This document shows, in pieces, positions 27,393 through 36,732 of a DNA stretch of 64,000 nucleotides. Origin of the DNA: Bacillota bacterium (GTDB lineage: Bacteria > Bacillota > Bacilli > Calditerricolales > Calditerricolaceae); the NCBI GenBank assembly GCA_017577925.2, contig PKQU02000001.1:839-64838 (forward strand). The letters run 5' to 3'. Position numbers and translations under genes: made by a program. The notes beneath the pieces are model-generated. The model did no database searches. It saw nothing but the letters and a program-made list of their open reading frames with translations, and had not been told where the DNA came from. Numbering within the stretch: the stretch's first letter is position 1; the number at the start of each line of letters is the position of its first letter.

Positions 27393-28143
27393 GGTGCGCC
27401 GGCTGACAAAGCGGTTTGGCGGGGTGCAGGCCGTGGTCGATGTCTCGTTTTCGGTCCCGCCTGGCATTCTCTACGCCGTCATCGGACCAAACGGCGCCGG
27501 CAAAACGACACTGTTCAACCTCGTGTCCGGGTATTTGGCCGCCGATTCCGGTGAGGTGCGGTTCAACGGGCAGTCCATTCGGGGATGGCCGGCCCACCGC
27601 ATCGCCCGCGCCGGCCTTGCGCGCACGTTCCAGAACCTCGAACTGTTTCCCGGCATGACCGTCCTGGAGAACGTGATGGTCGGCTGCGACGCGCGTGTCC
27701 GCTGCGGGTGGCTGGACGCCTTGTTCGGTACCGGCCGCCGGCGCGCCGCCAATGCCACCTCGCGCGAAGAGGCGCGGCGGCTTCTTGCGCTTTTTTCCTT
27801 GGACGGCGTGGCCGACATTCCCGCGGGTTCGCTCGCATACGGGATGCAGCGGATGGTGGAGATCGTTCGCGCCTTCGCCCTGCGGCCGAAGCTGCTTCTC
27901 CTCGATGAACCGGCGGCGGGGCTGAACCCTGCCGAGCGGCAGCAGCTGGCGGCGGTGCTCCGGCAGGCGCGGGCCCAAGGCGTCACGGTGCTCCTCGTCG
28001 AACACGACGTCGATCTGGTGATGACCGTGGCGGATCGCATCCTCGTGCTTGACCAGGGCCGGGTTCTCGCCGAAGGAACCCCGGAGGAGATCCAGACCCA
28101 TCCCGCCGTGGTGGCGGCGTACCTGGGGGAAGAGGTGAGCTGA
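27376..28143 (+). CDS. Liv-type ABC transporter ATP-binding protein (LivG-like)
   Basis: Walker A GPNGAGKTT, Q-loop RTFQNLELF, Walker B LLLDEP. Confidence 0.9.
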   Translation: MPGLLEVRRLTKRFGGVQAVVDVSFSVPPGILYAVIGPNGAGKTTLFNLVSGYLAADSGEVRFNGQSIRGWPAHRIARAGLARTFQNLELFPGMTVLENVMVGCDARVRCGWLDALFGTGRRRAANATSREEARRLLALFSLDGVADIPAGSLAYGMQRMVEIVRAFALRPKLLLLDEPAAGLNPAERQQLAAVLRQARAQGVTVLLVEHDVDLVMTVADRILVLDQGRVLAEGTPEEIQTHPAVVAAYLGEEVS

Positions 28144-28144
28144 C

Positions 28145-28891
28145 ATGCTGGCGGCCATCGACTTGCGCGTGTATCGCGGTCCGGCACCGGTGCTGCACGG
28201 GGTTACCCTTCAGGTGGACGAAGGGGAAATCGTCGCCGTCGTCGGGCCCAATGGCGCGGGCAAGAGCACGCTGCTCGGCGCCTTGGCCGGTTGTTTTCCG
28301 CCCGCCGCCGGCCGCGTGATGTTCGCCGGTGAGGATGTGACGGGAACGGCTCCGGAGACGCTGGTGCGCCGCGGCCTGGTGCTGGTGCCGGAGCGACGGC
28401 AGGTGTTTCCCGGTCTTACCGTGCGGGACAACCTGTTGCTCGGCGCCTACCATTGGTATCGCCGGAACAAGGGTGAGGCCGCGGCGCTGTTGGACGCCGT
28501 GCTGGCCGATTTTCCGCGCCTGCGCGAGCGCATCGGCCAGCTCGCCGGCAGCCTGAGCGGCGGCGAGCAGCAGATGCTGGCCATCGGGCGGGGGATCATG
28601 GCCCGGCCCCGGGTTCTCCTCCTTGACGAACCGTCCCTCGGATTGGCTCCGAAGGTGGTGACGGACCTCTTTTCCCGTTTTCGCCAACTGTGCACCCGAT
28701 ACGGGACGGCCATGATTCTCGTGGAGCAAAATGTCCGCGCCGCCTTCCGTGTGGCCGACCGCGCCTACGTGCTCGAGCGCGGCCGGGTGGTGCGGGAAGG
28801 CCCGGTCGAGGCGCTGCGCGAGGATCCCCATGTGGTGGGGGCGTACCTTGGGAAGCGCCTGCCCGCCGCGTTGAGGGCAGATGCGCGGTAG
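28145..28891 (+). CDS. Liv-type ABC transporter ATP-binding protein (LivF-like)
   Basis: Walker A GPNGAGKST, signature LSGGEQQML, Walker B LLLDEPSLGLAP. Confidence 0.9.
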   Translation: MLAAIDLRVYRGPAPVLHGVTLQVDEGEIVAVVGPNGAGKSTLLGALAGCFPPAAGRVMFAGEDVTGTAPETLVRRGLVLVPERRQVFPGLTVRDNLLLGAYHWYRRNKGEAAALLDAVLADFPRLRERIGQLAGSLSGGEQQMLAIGRGIMARPRVLLLDEPSLGLAPKVVTDLFSRFRQLCTRYGTAMILVEQNVRAAFRVADRAYVLERGRVVREGPVEALREDPHVVGAYLGKRLPAALRADAR

Positions 28892-28896
28892 GCGGC

Positions 28897-28919
28897 AAAG
28901 CGGTGCGCCCGCTTTTTTT
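28897..28919 (+). terminator. Intrinsic terminator after the Liv-type operon
   Basis: Short stem AAAGCGG/CCGCTTT followed by a T7 run. Confidence 0.5.
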
Positions 28920-29076
28920 GTTTTCCGTGTCTTCCCGACGCTGCGTCTTCCCCGCTCCCGTGGGTTGTCGAGAGATTTTTCTTGGCCTTTGTGGCGCGGT
29001 GGGTTACGCTAGAGAGAAAGATATGGTCACGTTGCCCTTTCGGCGAGGCGCCAAACAGGCAAGAGGAGGAGTGGAT

Positions 29077-31011
29077 ATGGCCGACGGATGGCGGGGATGG
29101 GTGCTGGGCATGGCGCTGCTGCTGGTATGGGGGAGCTCGGGGATGGTTGGCGTGAAAGAGGTTGCGGCGTCGGCGCTGGCCGACCTGCGCGCCGAGGTAG
29201 GTATTTCCGGCTCGTACCGGGAGAGCGCATGGACGCCGGTGCGCGTCACGATGCATGGTTCGCCGGGTTGGCGCGGGGAGGTGGTTCTCGAAAGCCTGGG
29301 CCCCAGCTCCTTGGTTGGGCAGCCGCGCGCGCCGGTGACGGTGAACGGTGCGGGCGTGGGAACGGTGACGCTGTACATGCCGGGCTGGTTGCTGCAGGGC
29401 GGCGTGACGGCGGTGTTGGTGACGGAGACGGGTGCGGTTGAAGCCCGTGCACACGTGACGGGCCAACCGGTGGGCCGGGAAACGGCGGTGGTGGCGGTGG
29501 TGGGGTCTGAGGCCCAGGCCGCGTCGTTCCGCGGCCTGGGCACGGATTCGCGCCGGGTTGTCGTGGCGACCCTCGACGCGGCCGCCCTTCCCGACAAGGC
29601 CATCGGTCTCGACGGGATCGACGTGCTGGTGGTGGCCGAGTCGGCCTCCTGGGCTCCGGCCCAGGTGGAGGCCGTGCGCCAGTGGGTGCGCGACGGGGGA
29701 ACGCTGGTGCTCACCGGTCCGGCCCTCGCTTCCGGGACGGAGGGCCGGTTTACGGACATGTCGCCGCTGCGCGTAACCGGCGCGGCCGTCTTGACCGGCG
29801 CGCCGATGCTCGAGCGGGCCGGTGGCATTCCGCTGACCGCCAAGGGCCATATCGTCGTGGGGCGCGCCACCCTCGTTGCCGGGTCGGTACGCGTGGCGGA
29901 AGGTGAGCAGGTCCTGATTGCCGCGCGCGACTGGGGACGGGGCGAGGTGGTGGCGGTGGCCTTTGATCCTGGCGTGCCGCCCTTTGCCGGATGGGCGGGG
30001 CTGCCCCACCTGTGGCAGCGCGTGTTGGGGGCCGAGCTGCACCCGGTTGCGGACTTCGAGCAGGAAACGTTTGTGTTGTCCATGCTGCGGGAGGGGCTGA
30101 GCCGCGTGCCGGGCATGGTCCTTCCCGACGTCAAGACGCTGGCGGCGCTGTTTGCTCTGTACATTGTCGTGGTGGGACCGGTGCTTTACGGACTTACGGC
30201 GCGGCTGGACCGGCGCGAGTGGAATTGGCTTCTTGTCCCGGCCCTGAGCCTGGTGGTGGCGGTTGGCCTGTACGCGGTGGGCACGCGGGCATGGGGCGGA
30301 CAGGTGACGGCGCACGAGCTGGCCGTGATCTCGTTGCGCGGCGACGGCACGGGAGAGGTGGCCGGGGGCATCGGCCTTTTTACCCCCCACGGCGGGACGT
30401 ACCGGGTGGAACCCGCCGCGGCGGAGGCGGCTTGGCCCCTGGACGCACGCGACGGCGGTGTAGGCGGCGGGGGCGTTCCCCAAGTGCAGATGGGCGGCGA
30501 GAAGGTTTCCGTGACCTTTCCCGACGTGTCCTTTCGCGGGTTTCGCCCGTTATACGCCAGCGGTACGATGACCAACGTCGGGCGCATCTCGGCCGACCTC
30601 CGCGTCGCGGGCGCGCGACTGACGGGCACGGTGACGAACGGGACCCCGTTTGCGCTTCGTGAGGTCCGTCTCGTATACGGCCGCGCGGTGATCGCTCTCG
30701 GCGACCTGGAGCCGGGTGCGACCGCGGTGGTGACCGATTCTGTATCGGAAGCATCAGGCGCAGAAGACCTGACCCCCGACGCACTGGTGCCCGCGGAGGC
30801 CCAGACCGATCCCCGGCGGCGCGAGTGGTTTCTGGCGGAATCGGCGGTGGAATGGCGACGGATGGAGGGATCGGGAGGGCCCACGGTGTTCGCCTGGACT
30901 GATGCCGATGTGCTGGAGGTTGCCGTTAACGGCAAGCGTCCGCATACGCATCGCCTAGCCCTCGTGGTGCAGCCGCTCGATGAACGTGCCGGAAAGGGGG
31001 CACGGCCATGA
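29077..31011 (+). CDS. Large membrane-anchored protein: signal/anchor, about 400-aa extracytoplasmic domain, two TM segments, second soluble domain. Possible ABC-transporter auxiliary (GldG-like) component.
   Basis: ATG 5 nt after AGAGGAGGAG. The track ORF extends further 5' without an RBS. Segment DVLVVAESASWAPAQVEAVRQWVRDGGTLVLTGP resembles the amidotransferase-like fold of ABC auxiliary proteins. Stop overlaps the ATPase start. Confidence 0.7.
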   Translation: MADGWRGWVLGMALLLVWGSSGMVGVKEVAASALADLRAEVGISGSYRESAWTPVRVTMHGSPGWRGEVVLESLGPSSLVGQPRAPVTVNGAGVGTVTLYMPGWLLQGGVTAVLVTETGAVEARAHVTGQPVGRETAVVAVVGSEAQAASFRGLGTDSRRVVVATLDAAALPDKAIGLDGIDVLVVAESASWAPAQVEAVRQWVRDGGTLVLTGPALASGTEGRFTDMSPLRVTGAAVLTGAPMLERAGGIPLTAKGHIVVGRATLVAGSVRVAEGEQVLIAARDWGRGEVVAVAFDPGVPPFAGWAGLPHLWQRVLGAELHPVADFEQETFVLSMLREGLSRVPGMVLPDVKTLAALFALYIVVVGPVLYGLTARLDRREWNWLLVPALSLVVAVGLYAVGTRAWGGQVTAHELAVISLRGDGTGEVAGGIGLFTPHGGTYRVEPAAAEAAWPLDARDGGVGGGGVPQVQMGGEKVSVTFPDVSFRGFRPLYASGTMTNVGRISADLRVAGARLTGTVTNGTPFALREVRLVYGRAVIALGDLEPGATAVVTDSVSEASGAEDLTPDALVPAEAQTDPRRREWFLAESAVEWRRMEGSGGPTVFAWTDADVLEVAVNGKRPHTHRLALVVQPLDERAGKGARP

Positions 31012-31934
31012 TCCGAACGGAGAACCTCACCAAGCGTTTTGGGCCGACCGTGGCGGTCAAGGAGCTTCACCTTTCCGTCCGCGAGGGCACGATTTTTGGC
31101 CTGGTCGGGCCCAACGGCGCGGGCAAGACGACGACGCTGGCCATGTTGGCGACGCTTCTGCGTCCGAGCGCGGGCCGGGCCATCGTTGGCGGCTACGACG
31201 TGGCGACCCAGCCGGATCGGGTGCGACGCATCGTGGGCTACAGCCCCGATCATTTTGGCTTTGCCGACGACCTGAAGGTAACGGAATACTTGGACTTCTA
31301 CGGCGCGTGCTACGGGATGGGCCGCGCCGAGCGTGCTCGGCGCATTCCGGACGTGCTGGAGCGGGTCGGCCTGGCCGAGAAGGCGGATGCCTATGTGGAT
31401 CGTCTGTCGCGGGGCATGAAGCAGCGCCTCGGGTTGGCGCGCTGCCTCCTGCACGACCCGGCGGTGCTGATCCTGGATGAGCCGGCGTCCGGTCTCGATC
31501 CGGGTACCCGTGTCCAATTTCGCGCGCTGCTGAAGTCCTTGCGCGACGAGGGCAAGACCATCCTGATCAGCTCACACATCCTGCTCGAGCTGGCCGACCT
31601 GTGCGACGAAGTCGGCATCATGGCTGGAGGGACGCTGGTGGCGGCGGGGAGCATTGCCGAAATGCTGGCGCGCGCGTCGGGAGAGCAGCGCCTGCACATT
31701 GAGCTGTTGGAAGGGGTCACAGAGGCGGCGGCGTGGCTGGCCGCGCGCGACGGCGTGAAGCGGGTGGAGCGGGAAGGCCGAACGCTGACGGTCGCCTTTG
31801 ACGGCGACGAAGCCCATCAGGCTGCCCTGCTGCAGGCGATGGTGTCCGCCGGATTCCGCGTGCTGTGCTTTCAGCCGGCTGTGCGCACCCTGGAAGAGGT
31901 TTTTTTGTCCGTCACCGGGGAGGGAAAACGATGA
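31008..31934 (+). CDS. ABC-2-type transporter ATP-binding protein
   Basis: Walker A GPNGAGKTT, signature LSRGMKQRL, Walker B LILDEPASGLD. 308 aa with a C-terminal extension. Confidence 0.9.
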   Translation: MIRTENLTKRFGPTVAVKELHLSVREGTIFGLVGPNGAGKTTTLAMLATLLRPSAGRAIVGGYDVATQPDRVRRIVGYSPDHFGFADDLKVTEYLDFYGACYGMGRAERARRIPDVLERVGLAEKADAYVDRLSRGMKQRLGLARCLLHDPAVLILDEPASGLDPGTRVQFRALLKSLRDEGKTILISSHILLELADLCDEVGIMAGGTLVAAGSIAEMLARASGEQRLHIELLEGVTEAAAWLAARDGVKRVEREGRTLTVAFDGDEAHQAALLQAMVSAGFRVLCFQPAVRTLEEVFLSVTGEGKR

Positions 31935-32761
31935 CCAAGCTGCGGGCGCGTTTCTTGCGGGCGGTGCTGGCCGTGGAGCTGCGCCGGCGCGTGCGGTCGC
32001 GCCGTTCGGCGTGGCTCCTCAGCGGATATCTTGCTGTCATGGGTGCAGTCATGTTGGGGTATCTCTACGTGTCCACCGGGCCCAACGTGGTTTCCGCCAC
32101 CAGCCGCGAGCTCTTTTACTTGCTGTCGACGTTGCAGCTCGTGATGGTGCTCTTCCTCACGCCAGCGGTGGCGGCGGGCACGATCAGCGGCGAAAGGGAA
32201 CGGCAGACGCTGCACGTGCTTCTGACAACCAATCTGACGGCGGCGGAGATCGTCGTCGGCAAGCTGGTTTCCTCGTTAAGCTTTCTCGTGCTGCTCGTAG
32301 TGGCGTCCCTCCCCCTGTACGCCATCGTCTTTGTGTACGGCGGCGTGTCGCCGGCGTTGTTGACGGCCGCCTTTGCCTTTTTCCTGTTCACCATGGCCGT
32401 CGTCGGCAGCTTCAGCGTGCTCGCCTCGGCCCTTTGCCGTCGCACCAGCGCGGCTATGGTGACGTCCTATGCCGCCGTGGGGGCGATGGTGATCGGCACC
32501 GCGCTTTTGGCCCAGTTTGTCCGCTTGTGGTGGGAGCGCTTCCACCCGTCGGCACCGCCGGCCGGTGGGTTCTGGGGCGACGGGATCCTGGCATTCAACC
32601 CTGTCTGGTCGCTGTGGTCGATGTTTAGTTTTCGCGAGGAGCCGGTCGGCGGTTTGCCTCTCCCACCGGTGGCCTTGTACGTGCTTGGCTATGGGGTGTT
32701 GGCCCTCGCCGCGCTGGCGACGGCCTCTATAGCCGTCGGGCGGGCGCGTGTGGAGGGCTGA
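31931..32761 (+). CDS. ABC-2 family permease (NosY/GldF-like)
   Basis: ISGERERQTLHVLLTTNLTAAEIVVGKL motif and 6 hydrophobic segments. ATGA overlap with the ATPase gene. Confidence 0.85.
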   Translation: MTKLRARFLRAVLAVELRRRVRSRRSAWLLSGYLAVMGAVMLGYLYVSTGPNVVSATSRELFYLLSTLQLVMVLFLTPAVAAGTISGERERQTLHVLLTTNLTAAEIVVGKLVSSLSFLVLLVVASLPLYAIVFVYGGVSPALLTAAFAFFLFTMAVVGSFSVLASALCRRTSAAMVTSYAAVGAMVIGTALLAQFVRLWWERFHPSAPPAGGFWGDGILAFNPVWSLWSMFSFREEPVGGLPLPPVALYVLGYGVLALAALATASIAVGRARVEG

Positions 32762-32930
32762 CCGCACCCTTCCCCGTCGGTGGTTCATCGGGTGAGATAA
32801 AACTGTCAGCGGGTGGACATGCTAAGAATCCCTTCTGTTGTTGTGATCGACCATGGAAACGCGCTCGGAACCTCTTGTGCCCAACCGGTATAGACTGCAG
32901 CGAGCCGACCAACACCTTGAGGTGGTGCGC

Positions 32931-33602
32931 ATGAACCGGTCTGGAATGAGCATTCGCGGGCTGTGCGACAACTTCACGGCCCCTTACGCGCCCGGTCAGG
33001 TGCAGCGGCTTCTGGCCTTGTGCCGCCGGCATGCCGCGCTGAACGTGGAACGCCACCCTTCCGATGGGGACAGCAGCGTGATCGCCATCCACTCCAAATG
33101 CGGCGCGTTTACCCTTTTCGTGCCGGGGGAGGGTGGCCATCTGCGCGGCACCCTGTACGTTACCGCACCCACCGCGCGTGAGCTGGAGGGCGATCCGCTG
33201 TGGGACGTGTTCCACCGCTCGGTGCGGCTCTTGGCGTCAACCGGCACCTTGTGGCTGTATGAGGAAGGGGTCGCGCGGGTTTCCCGCTTCCGAAACGGCA
33301 AGATTGTGCCGACACCCTTGGAGGAAACGGTTTCGCGGGGCGACGCCGACGGATGGCGCCAGGGGCGTGCGGGCGTCGATGGCCCGCCTCTACCACCCCG
33401 TTCTCGCGACGGTTGTGTTGGGGAGACGATTTCCGGTGTGTCGATCACCGACGGAGAGCTGGAACGTTTCCTGTGGACCGTGCGCGTCAACCACCTTTTG
33501 GATTGCCTTGGTAAAGCGCTCAGGCGGGGCGATGCGGTGCAGAAGGAGGTGCTGCTGGGGGCGTTGCGCGACGCGTGGCGGGCGCGGTACGCGCAACGGT
33601 AA
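32931..33602 (+). CDS. Hypothetical protein (no family recognised)
   Basis: ATG 6 nt after GAGGTG. The track start at 32853 has no RBS. High third-position G+C consistent with coding. Confidence 0.55.
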   Translation: MNRSGMSIRGLCDNFTAPYAPGQVQRLLALCRRHAALNVERHPSDGDSSVIAIHSKCGAFTLFVPGEGGHLRGTLYVTAPTARELEGDPLWDVFHRSVRLLASTGTLWLYEEGVARVSRFRNGKIVPTPLEETVSRGDADGWRQGRAGVDGPPLPPRSRDGCVGETISGVSITDGELERFLWTVRVNHLLDCLGKALRRGDAVQKEVLLGALRDAWRARYAQR

Positions 33603-34057
33603 CCGAAAGGCGGTCGGGTGTTTCCGTTTACGTGGCCGCACAGTGGCGATATGCCGGTGCTTGCGACGGGGCGCAGGCGCGGGCGTTTTTTTTTTTGCAC
33701 GCGTGGCCTTGCTTGACGCCACGGGGCCATGCCAAACGGTGTTGCGGGTTGCGGTTCGGTACGCCGCTCCTGGAAAAAGGATCCGGTCAAACGAGGAGGA
33801 GCGGTGGGGCTTGTTCCGCGTACCTGAAACGGCCTTTGCCGACGCCTTTATGAACCCCGGGGGCATCCGTGCCGATCTCGACGCCGGTGAGGTGACGTGG
33901 GGTGAGCTGTACACACAAGACGTGCATGCTGCAGGTGTCCGGTCTGCGCTACACGTGGGATGCCACGCAGCTGTCGGGCTGTGCGAGGGCATCAACGGCG
34001 TGTATCGACCCGAGGACATCGACGCGTTGGTGGCGTACATCGAGCAGCTGCCCCACC

Positions 34058-34096
34058 CCTTCCAAAGAATAACCAACCCCCGGACGAGCCCGGGGG
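34058..34096 (-). terminator. Intrinsic terminator of rocD
   Basis: On the minus strand: stem CCCCCGG/CCGGGGG followed by TTGGTTATTCTTT. Confidence 0.6.
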
Positions 34097-34122
34097 TGAC
34101 GTTGCCGAAGGGTCGATCCAAC

Positions 34123-35319
34123 TTACCCCGCAAACACCGCGCGGATGCGCTCCAGCGCCCAGTCGAGCTCGTCCTTGGTGATGACGAGCGGCGGGGCGAA
34201 GCGGATCGTGTTTTCGTGGGTCTCCTTGCACAGGAGGCCCTTTTCTTTCAGTTTTTCGCAGTACGGGCGGGCCGGGGTATGCAGTTCCATGCCGACGAGC
34301 AGCCCCTTGCCGCGCACTTCCTTGATGTCGGGGTGCTGGATCTTTTTCAGCTCATCCATGAAGTACGCACCCAGTTCGCGTGCCCGGTCGGCCAGCCGCT
34401 CCTCCTCGATGACGTCCAGGGCGGCGATGGCCACGGCGCAGGCCAGCGGGTTACCGCCGAAGGTGGAGCCGTGGGAGCCGGGGTTGAACACGCCGAGGAT
34501 TTCCTCGTCGGCGACCACGGCCGAGACGGGGAAGACGCCGCCACCGAGCGCCTTGCCGAGGATGTAGACGTCGGGCTTGACGCCTTCCCAGTCGCAGGCA
34601 AAGAGCTGGCCGGTGCGGCCGAGGCCGGTCTGGATCTCGTCGGCGACGAACAGAACGTTGTGCCGCTTGCACAGCTCGTAAGCCTGGCGCAGGTACCCGT
34701 CAGGCGGCACGATGATGCCCGCTTCACCCTGGATCGGCTCAACGAGGAAGGCGACGGTGTTGGGGGTGATGGCCTCCTCCAGCGCGCGGATGTCGCCGTA
34801 GGGAATGATCTTGAAACCCGGTGTGAAGGGGCCGAACCCCTCGCGGTACGCCTCCTCCGACGAGAAGGAGATGACGGTGATCGTTCGCCCGTGGAAGTTG
34901 TTCTCGCAGACGATGATTTCCGCCTGGTTCTCGGGCACGCCCTTCTTCCAGTACCCCCACCGGCGCACGGCCTTGATGGCCGTTTCCACCGCTTCGGCGC
35001 CGGTGTTCATCGGCAATACCATGTCCTTGCCGGTCAGGCGGGAGAGCTTTTCGCAAAACGGGCCGAGCTGGTCGTTGTGGAAGGCCCGCGAGGTGAGGGT
35101 GACGCGGTCGGCCTGCTCCTTCAGCGCGCGGATGATTTTCGGATGGCGGTGCCCCTGGTTCACCGCCGAGTAGGCGCTGAGCATGTCCAGGTATCGGTTC
35201 CCCTCGACGTCTTCCACCCAGATGCCCTCGGCGCGGGCGATCACAACGGGGAGCGGATGGTAGTTGTGCGCCCCGTAGGTTTCCGTCTGGGTGATCAGTT
35301 GCTTGGTTTTGGTGGTCAT
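34123..35319 (-). CDS. rocD: Ornithine aminotransferase
   Basis: 398 aa. [12 protein letters not shown]...[16 protein letters not shown]...[11 protein letters not shown]...LGKALGGG is class III aminotransferase of OAT type. Second ATG chosen (6-7 nt after AAGGAGG). Confidence 0.92.
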   Translation of the reverse strand: MTTKTKQLITQTETYGAHNYHPLPVVIARAEGIWVEDVEGNRYLDMLSAYSAVNQGHRHPKIIRALKEQADRVTLTSRAFHNDQLGPFCEKLSRLTGKDMVLPMNTGAEAVETAIKAVRRWGYWKKGVPENQAEIIVCENNFHGRTITVISFSSEEAYREGFGPFTPGFKIIPYGDIRALEEAITPNTVAFLVEPIQGEAGIIVPPDGYLRQAYELCKRHNVLFVADEIQTGLGRTGQLFACDWEGVKPDVYILGKALGGGVFPVSAVVADEEILGVFNPGSHGSTFGGNPLACAVAIAALDVIEEERLADRARELGAYFMDELKKIQHPDIKEVRGKGLLVGMELHTPARPYCEKLKEKGLLCKETHENTIRFAPPLVITKDELDWALERIRAVFAG

Positions 35320-35355
35320 GGCCATCCTCCTTCGCATGTCCACTCGTTTCTCACC

Positions 35356-35385
35356 ATTATACCGGGAGACGCGGCGCCTTTTGTA
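35356..35385 (-). promoter_or_regulatory. Possible sigma-A promoter of rocD
   Basis: Minus strand: TACAAA, 18 nt, TATAAT, about 37 nt upstream of the ATG. Confidence 0.35.
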
Positions 35386-35913
35386 CCCTCAATCCGTTCT
35401 TCCGCGCGACGGGGCCGGGAAGAACAGGCGTGCCGCCGCAAGGCTTCCGGTCCGTTCCGCATCGAGGCGATCATTCTTGCCAGCTTTGTGCTGCTTCTTT
35501 TCGTGCAAGAGCAGGCATTGCAACGCATGCACGGCGAGCCCAGTATCAACACGTAGGGGATAAAACGAGCGTGATTCGTTGCGCGCGGGAAATCTTGCAG
35601 AGCCGGCCTGAAGGGTTTCCCGTTTTTGATGCGGGTGTTTGGGACGGTGTGGGCAGAGCGGAGACGGCGCAAGGAGGTTGCGAGACCCGGGAGGCGGGTA
35701 AAAGCGCGTGCAAATGATGTCGTTTCCGCGAAGCATCGGACCGAATTTCATAAAATGCGCGGGAAAGAGTTCAACGAACAGAATACTGACAATTCAAATT
35801 TTATTGATGAAAAATAGTAGTAGTTTCCAAACGTGTATGATAAAATAAAAAACACAGGCAACAAAGGGTGGGGGCTCGCCTACCGCGGTGAACAACCACG
35901 GGAGGTGAGACGG

Positions 35914-36006
35914 ATGAAACGCGAAAACCCCCAGGATCTCGCGATCCTGTTGCTGATGCTGCTCTCCCTGGTTGTCGAGATCATTCGATTGGCCCTGCAT
36001 CAATAA
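35914..36006 (+). CDS. Unannotated 30-aa hydrophobic peptide MKRENPQDLAILLLMLLSLVVEIIRLALHQ
   Basis: Below the track cutoff. ATG 5 nt after GGGAGGTGA. Charged N-terminus plus one TM-length helix. Sits just downstream of a 30% G+C stretch. Confidence 0.5.
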   Translation: MKRENPQDLAILLLMLLSLVVEIIRLALHQ

Positions 36007-36146
36007 GAAACGGCGCGTTAGTGGCGGCTAACGTGCCTTGGCGACAGGCGAGCGCGCCCTTTGCTGCCTACATTATGTCATTTTACGCACGGTCCGTCAA
36101 TTCATTCGCGCAACCGTGGCAGCGGGGCCGGGTGCCGGAGCGTGCT

Positions 36147-36698
36147 TCATTGCAGAACCAGTTGGGCGATGTCTTGTTCAAAATCCAGCGGTTCTTCGTA
36201 GGGTTCATAGCGGCGGACGACTTGGCCTTGGCGGTCGATGAGGAATTTGGTGAAATTCCATTTGATCTGATTTCCCATATAATATTCCGGGTATTTGTCC
36301 ATGATCATTTGTTTCATTAGCTTCGCCACCGGGTTCTCTTCGTCAAATCCCCGGAAGGGCGCTTCGTTTTTCAAGTATTGAAAAAGCGGATGGGCGTTTT
36401 CCCCGTTCACGTCCACCTTGGCGAAGACCGGAAAGCGCACGCCGTAGTTCAGCCGGCAAAAACTGGCCACTTCTTCGTTGGTCCCCGGCGCCTGGTTGTC
36501 GAATTGGTTGCAGGGGAAACCGAGTATTTCAAAACCGTGGACATGGTATTTCTCATACAGTTTTTGCAGATCTTCCAGCTGAGGGGTAAAGCGGCACGCG
36601 CTGGCAATGTTGACAATCATCAATACTTTACCCTTGTATGTATCCAAAGGGACGATTTTTCCGTCAACTGTTTCCGCAGAGAAGGAATAGACCGTCAT
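36147..36698 (-). CDS. Glutathione peroxidase family protein (BsaA-like)
   Basis: VLMIVNIASACRFTPQ (peroxidatic Cys), GFPCNQF and WNFTKFLIDRQG. ATG 4 nt after GGAGGGGA. Confidence 0.9.
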   Translation of the reverse strand: MTVYSFSAETVDGKIVPLDTYKGKVLMIVNIASACRFTPQLEDLQKLYEKYHVHGFEILGFPCNQFDNQAPGTNEEVASFCRLNYGVRFPVFAKVDVNGENAHPLFQYLKNEAPFRGFDEENPVAKLMKQMIMDKYPEYYMGNQIKWNFTKFLIDRQGQVVRRYEPYEEPLDFEQDIAQLVLQ

Positions 36699-36732
36699 GA
36701 TGTCCCCTCCATGATGTAGTATTATTATCATC

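Noticed and set aside
35467-35483. Sigma-54-like CTGGCAagaatgaTCGC on the minus strand upstream of rocD. B. subtilis rocD is SigL/RocR dependent.
   Set aside because: The spacing is 1 nt too long and the -12 element reads TCGC rather than TTGC. A plausible sigma-A -10 (TATAAT, 35356-35361) lies closer to the gene, and no RocR-type activator gene is in the window.
33133-35556. 807-aa plus-strand ORF covering rocD antisense.
   Set aside because: The rocD product on the opposite strand is a textbook ornithine aminotransferase. Only the first part of this ORF (33790-34120, intergenic) looks at all protein-like, and that part is reported separately as a possible gene remnant.
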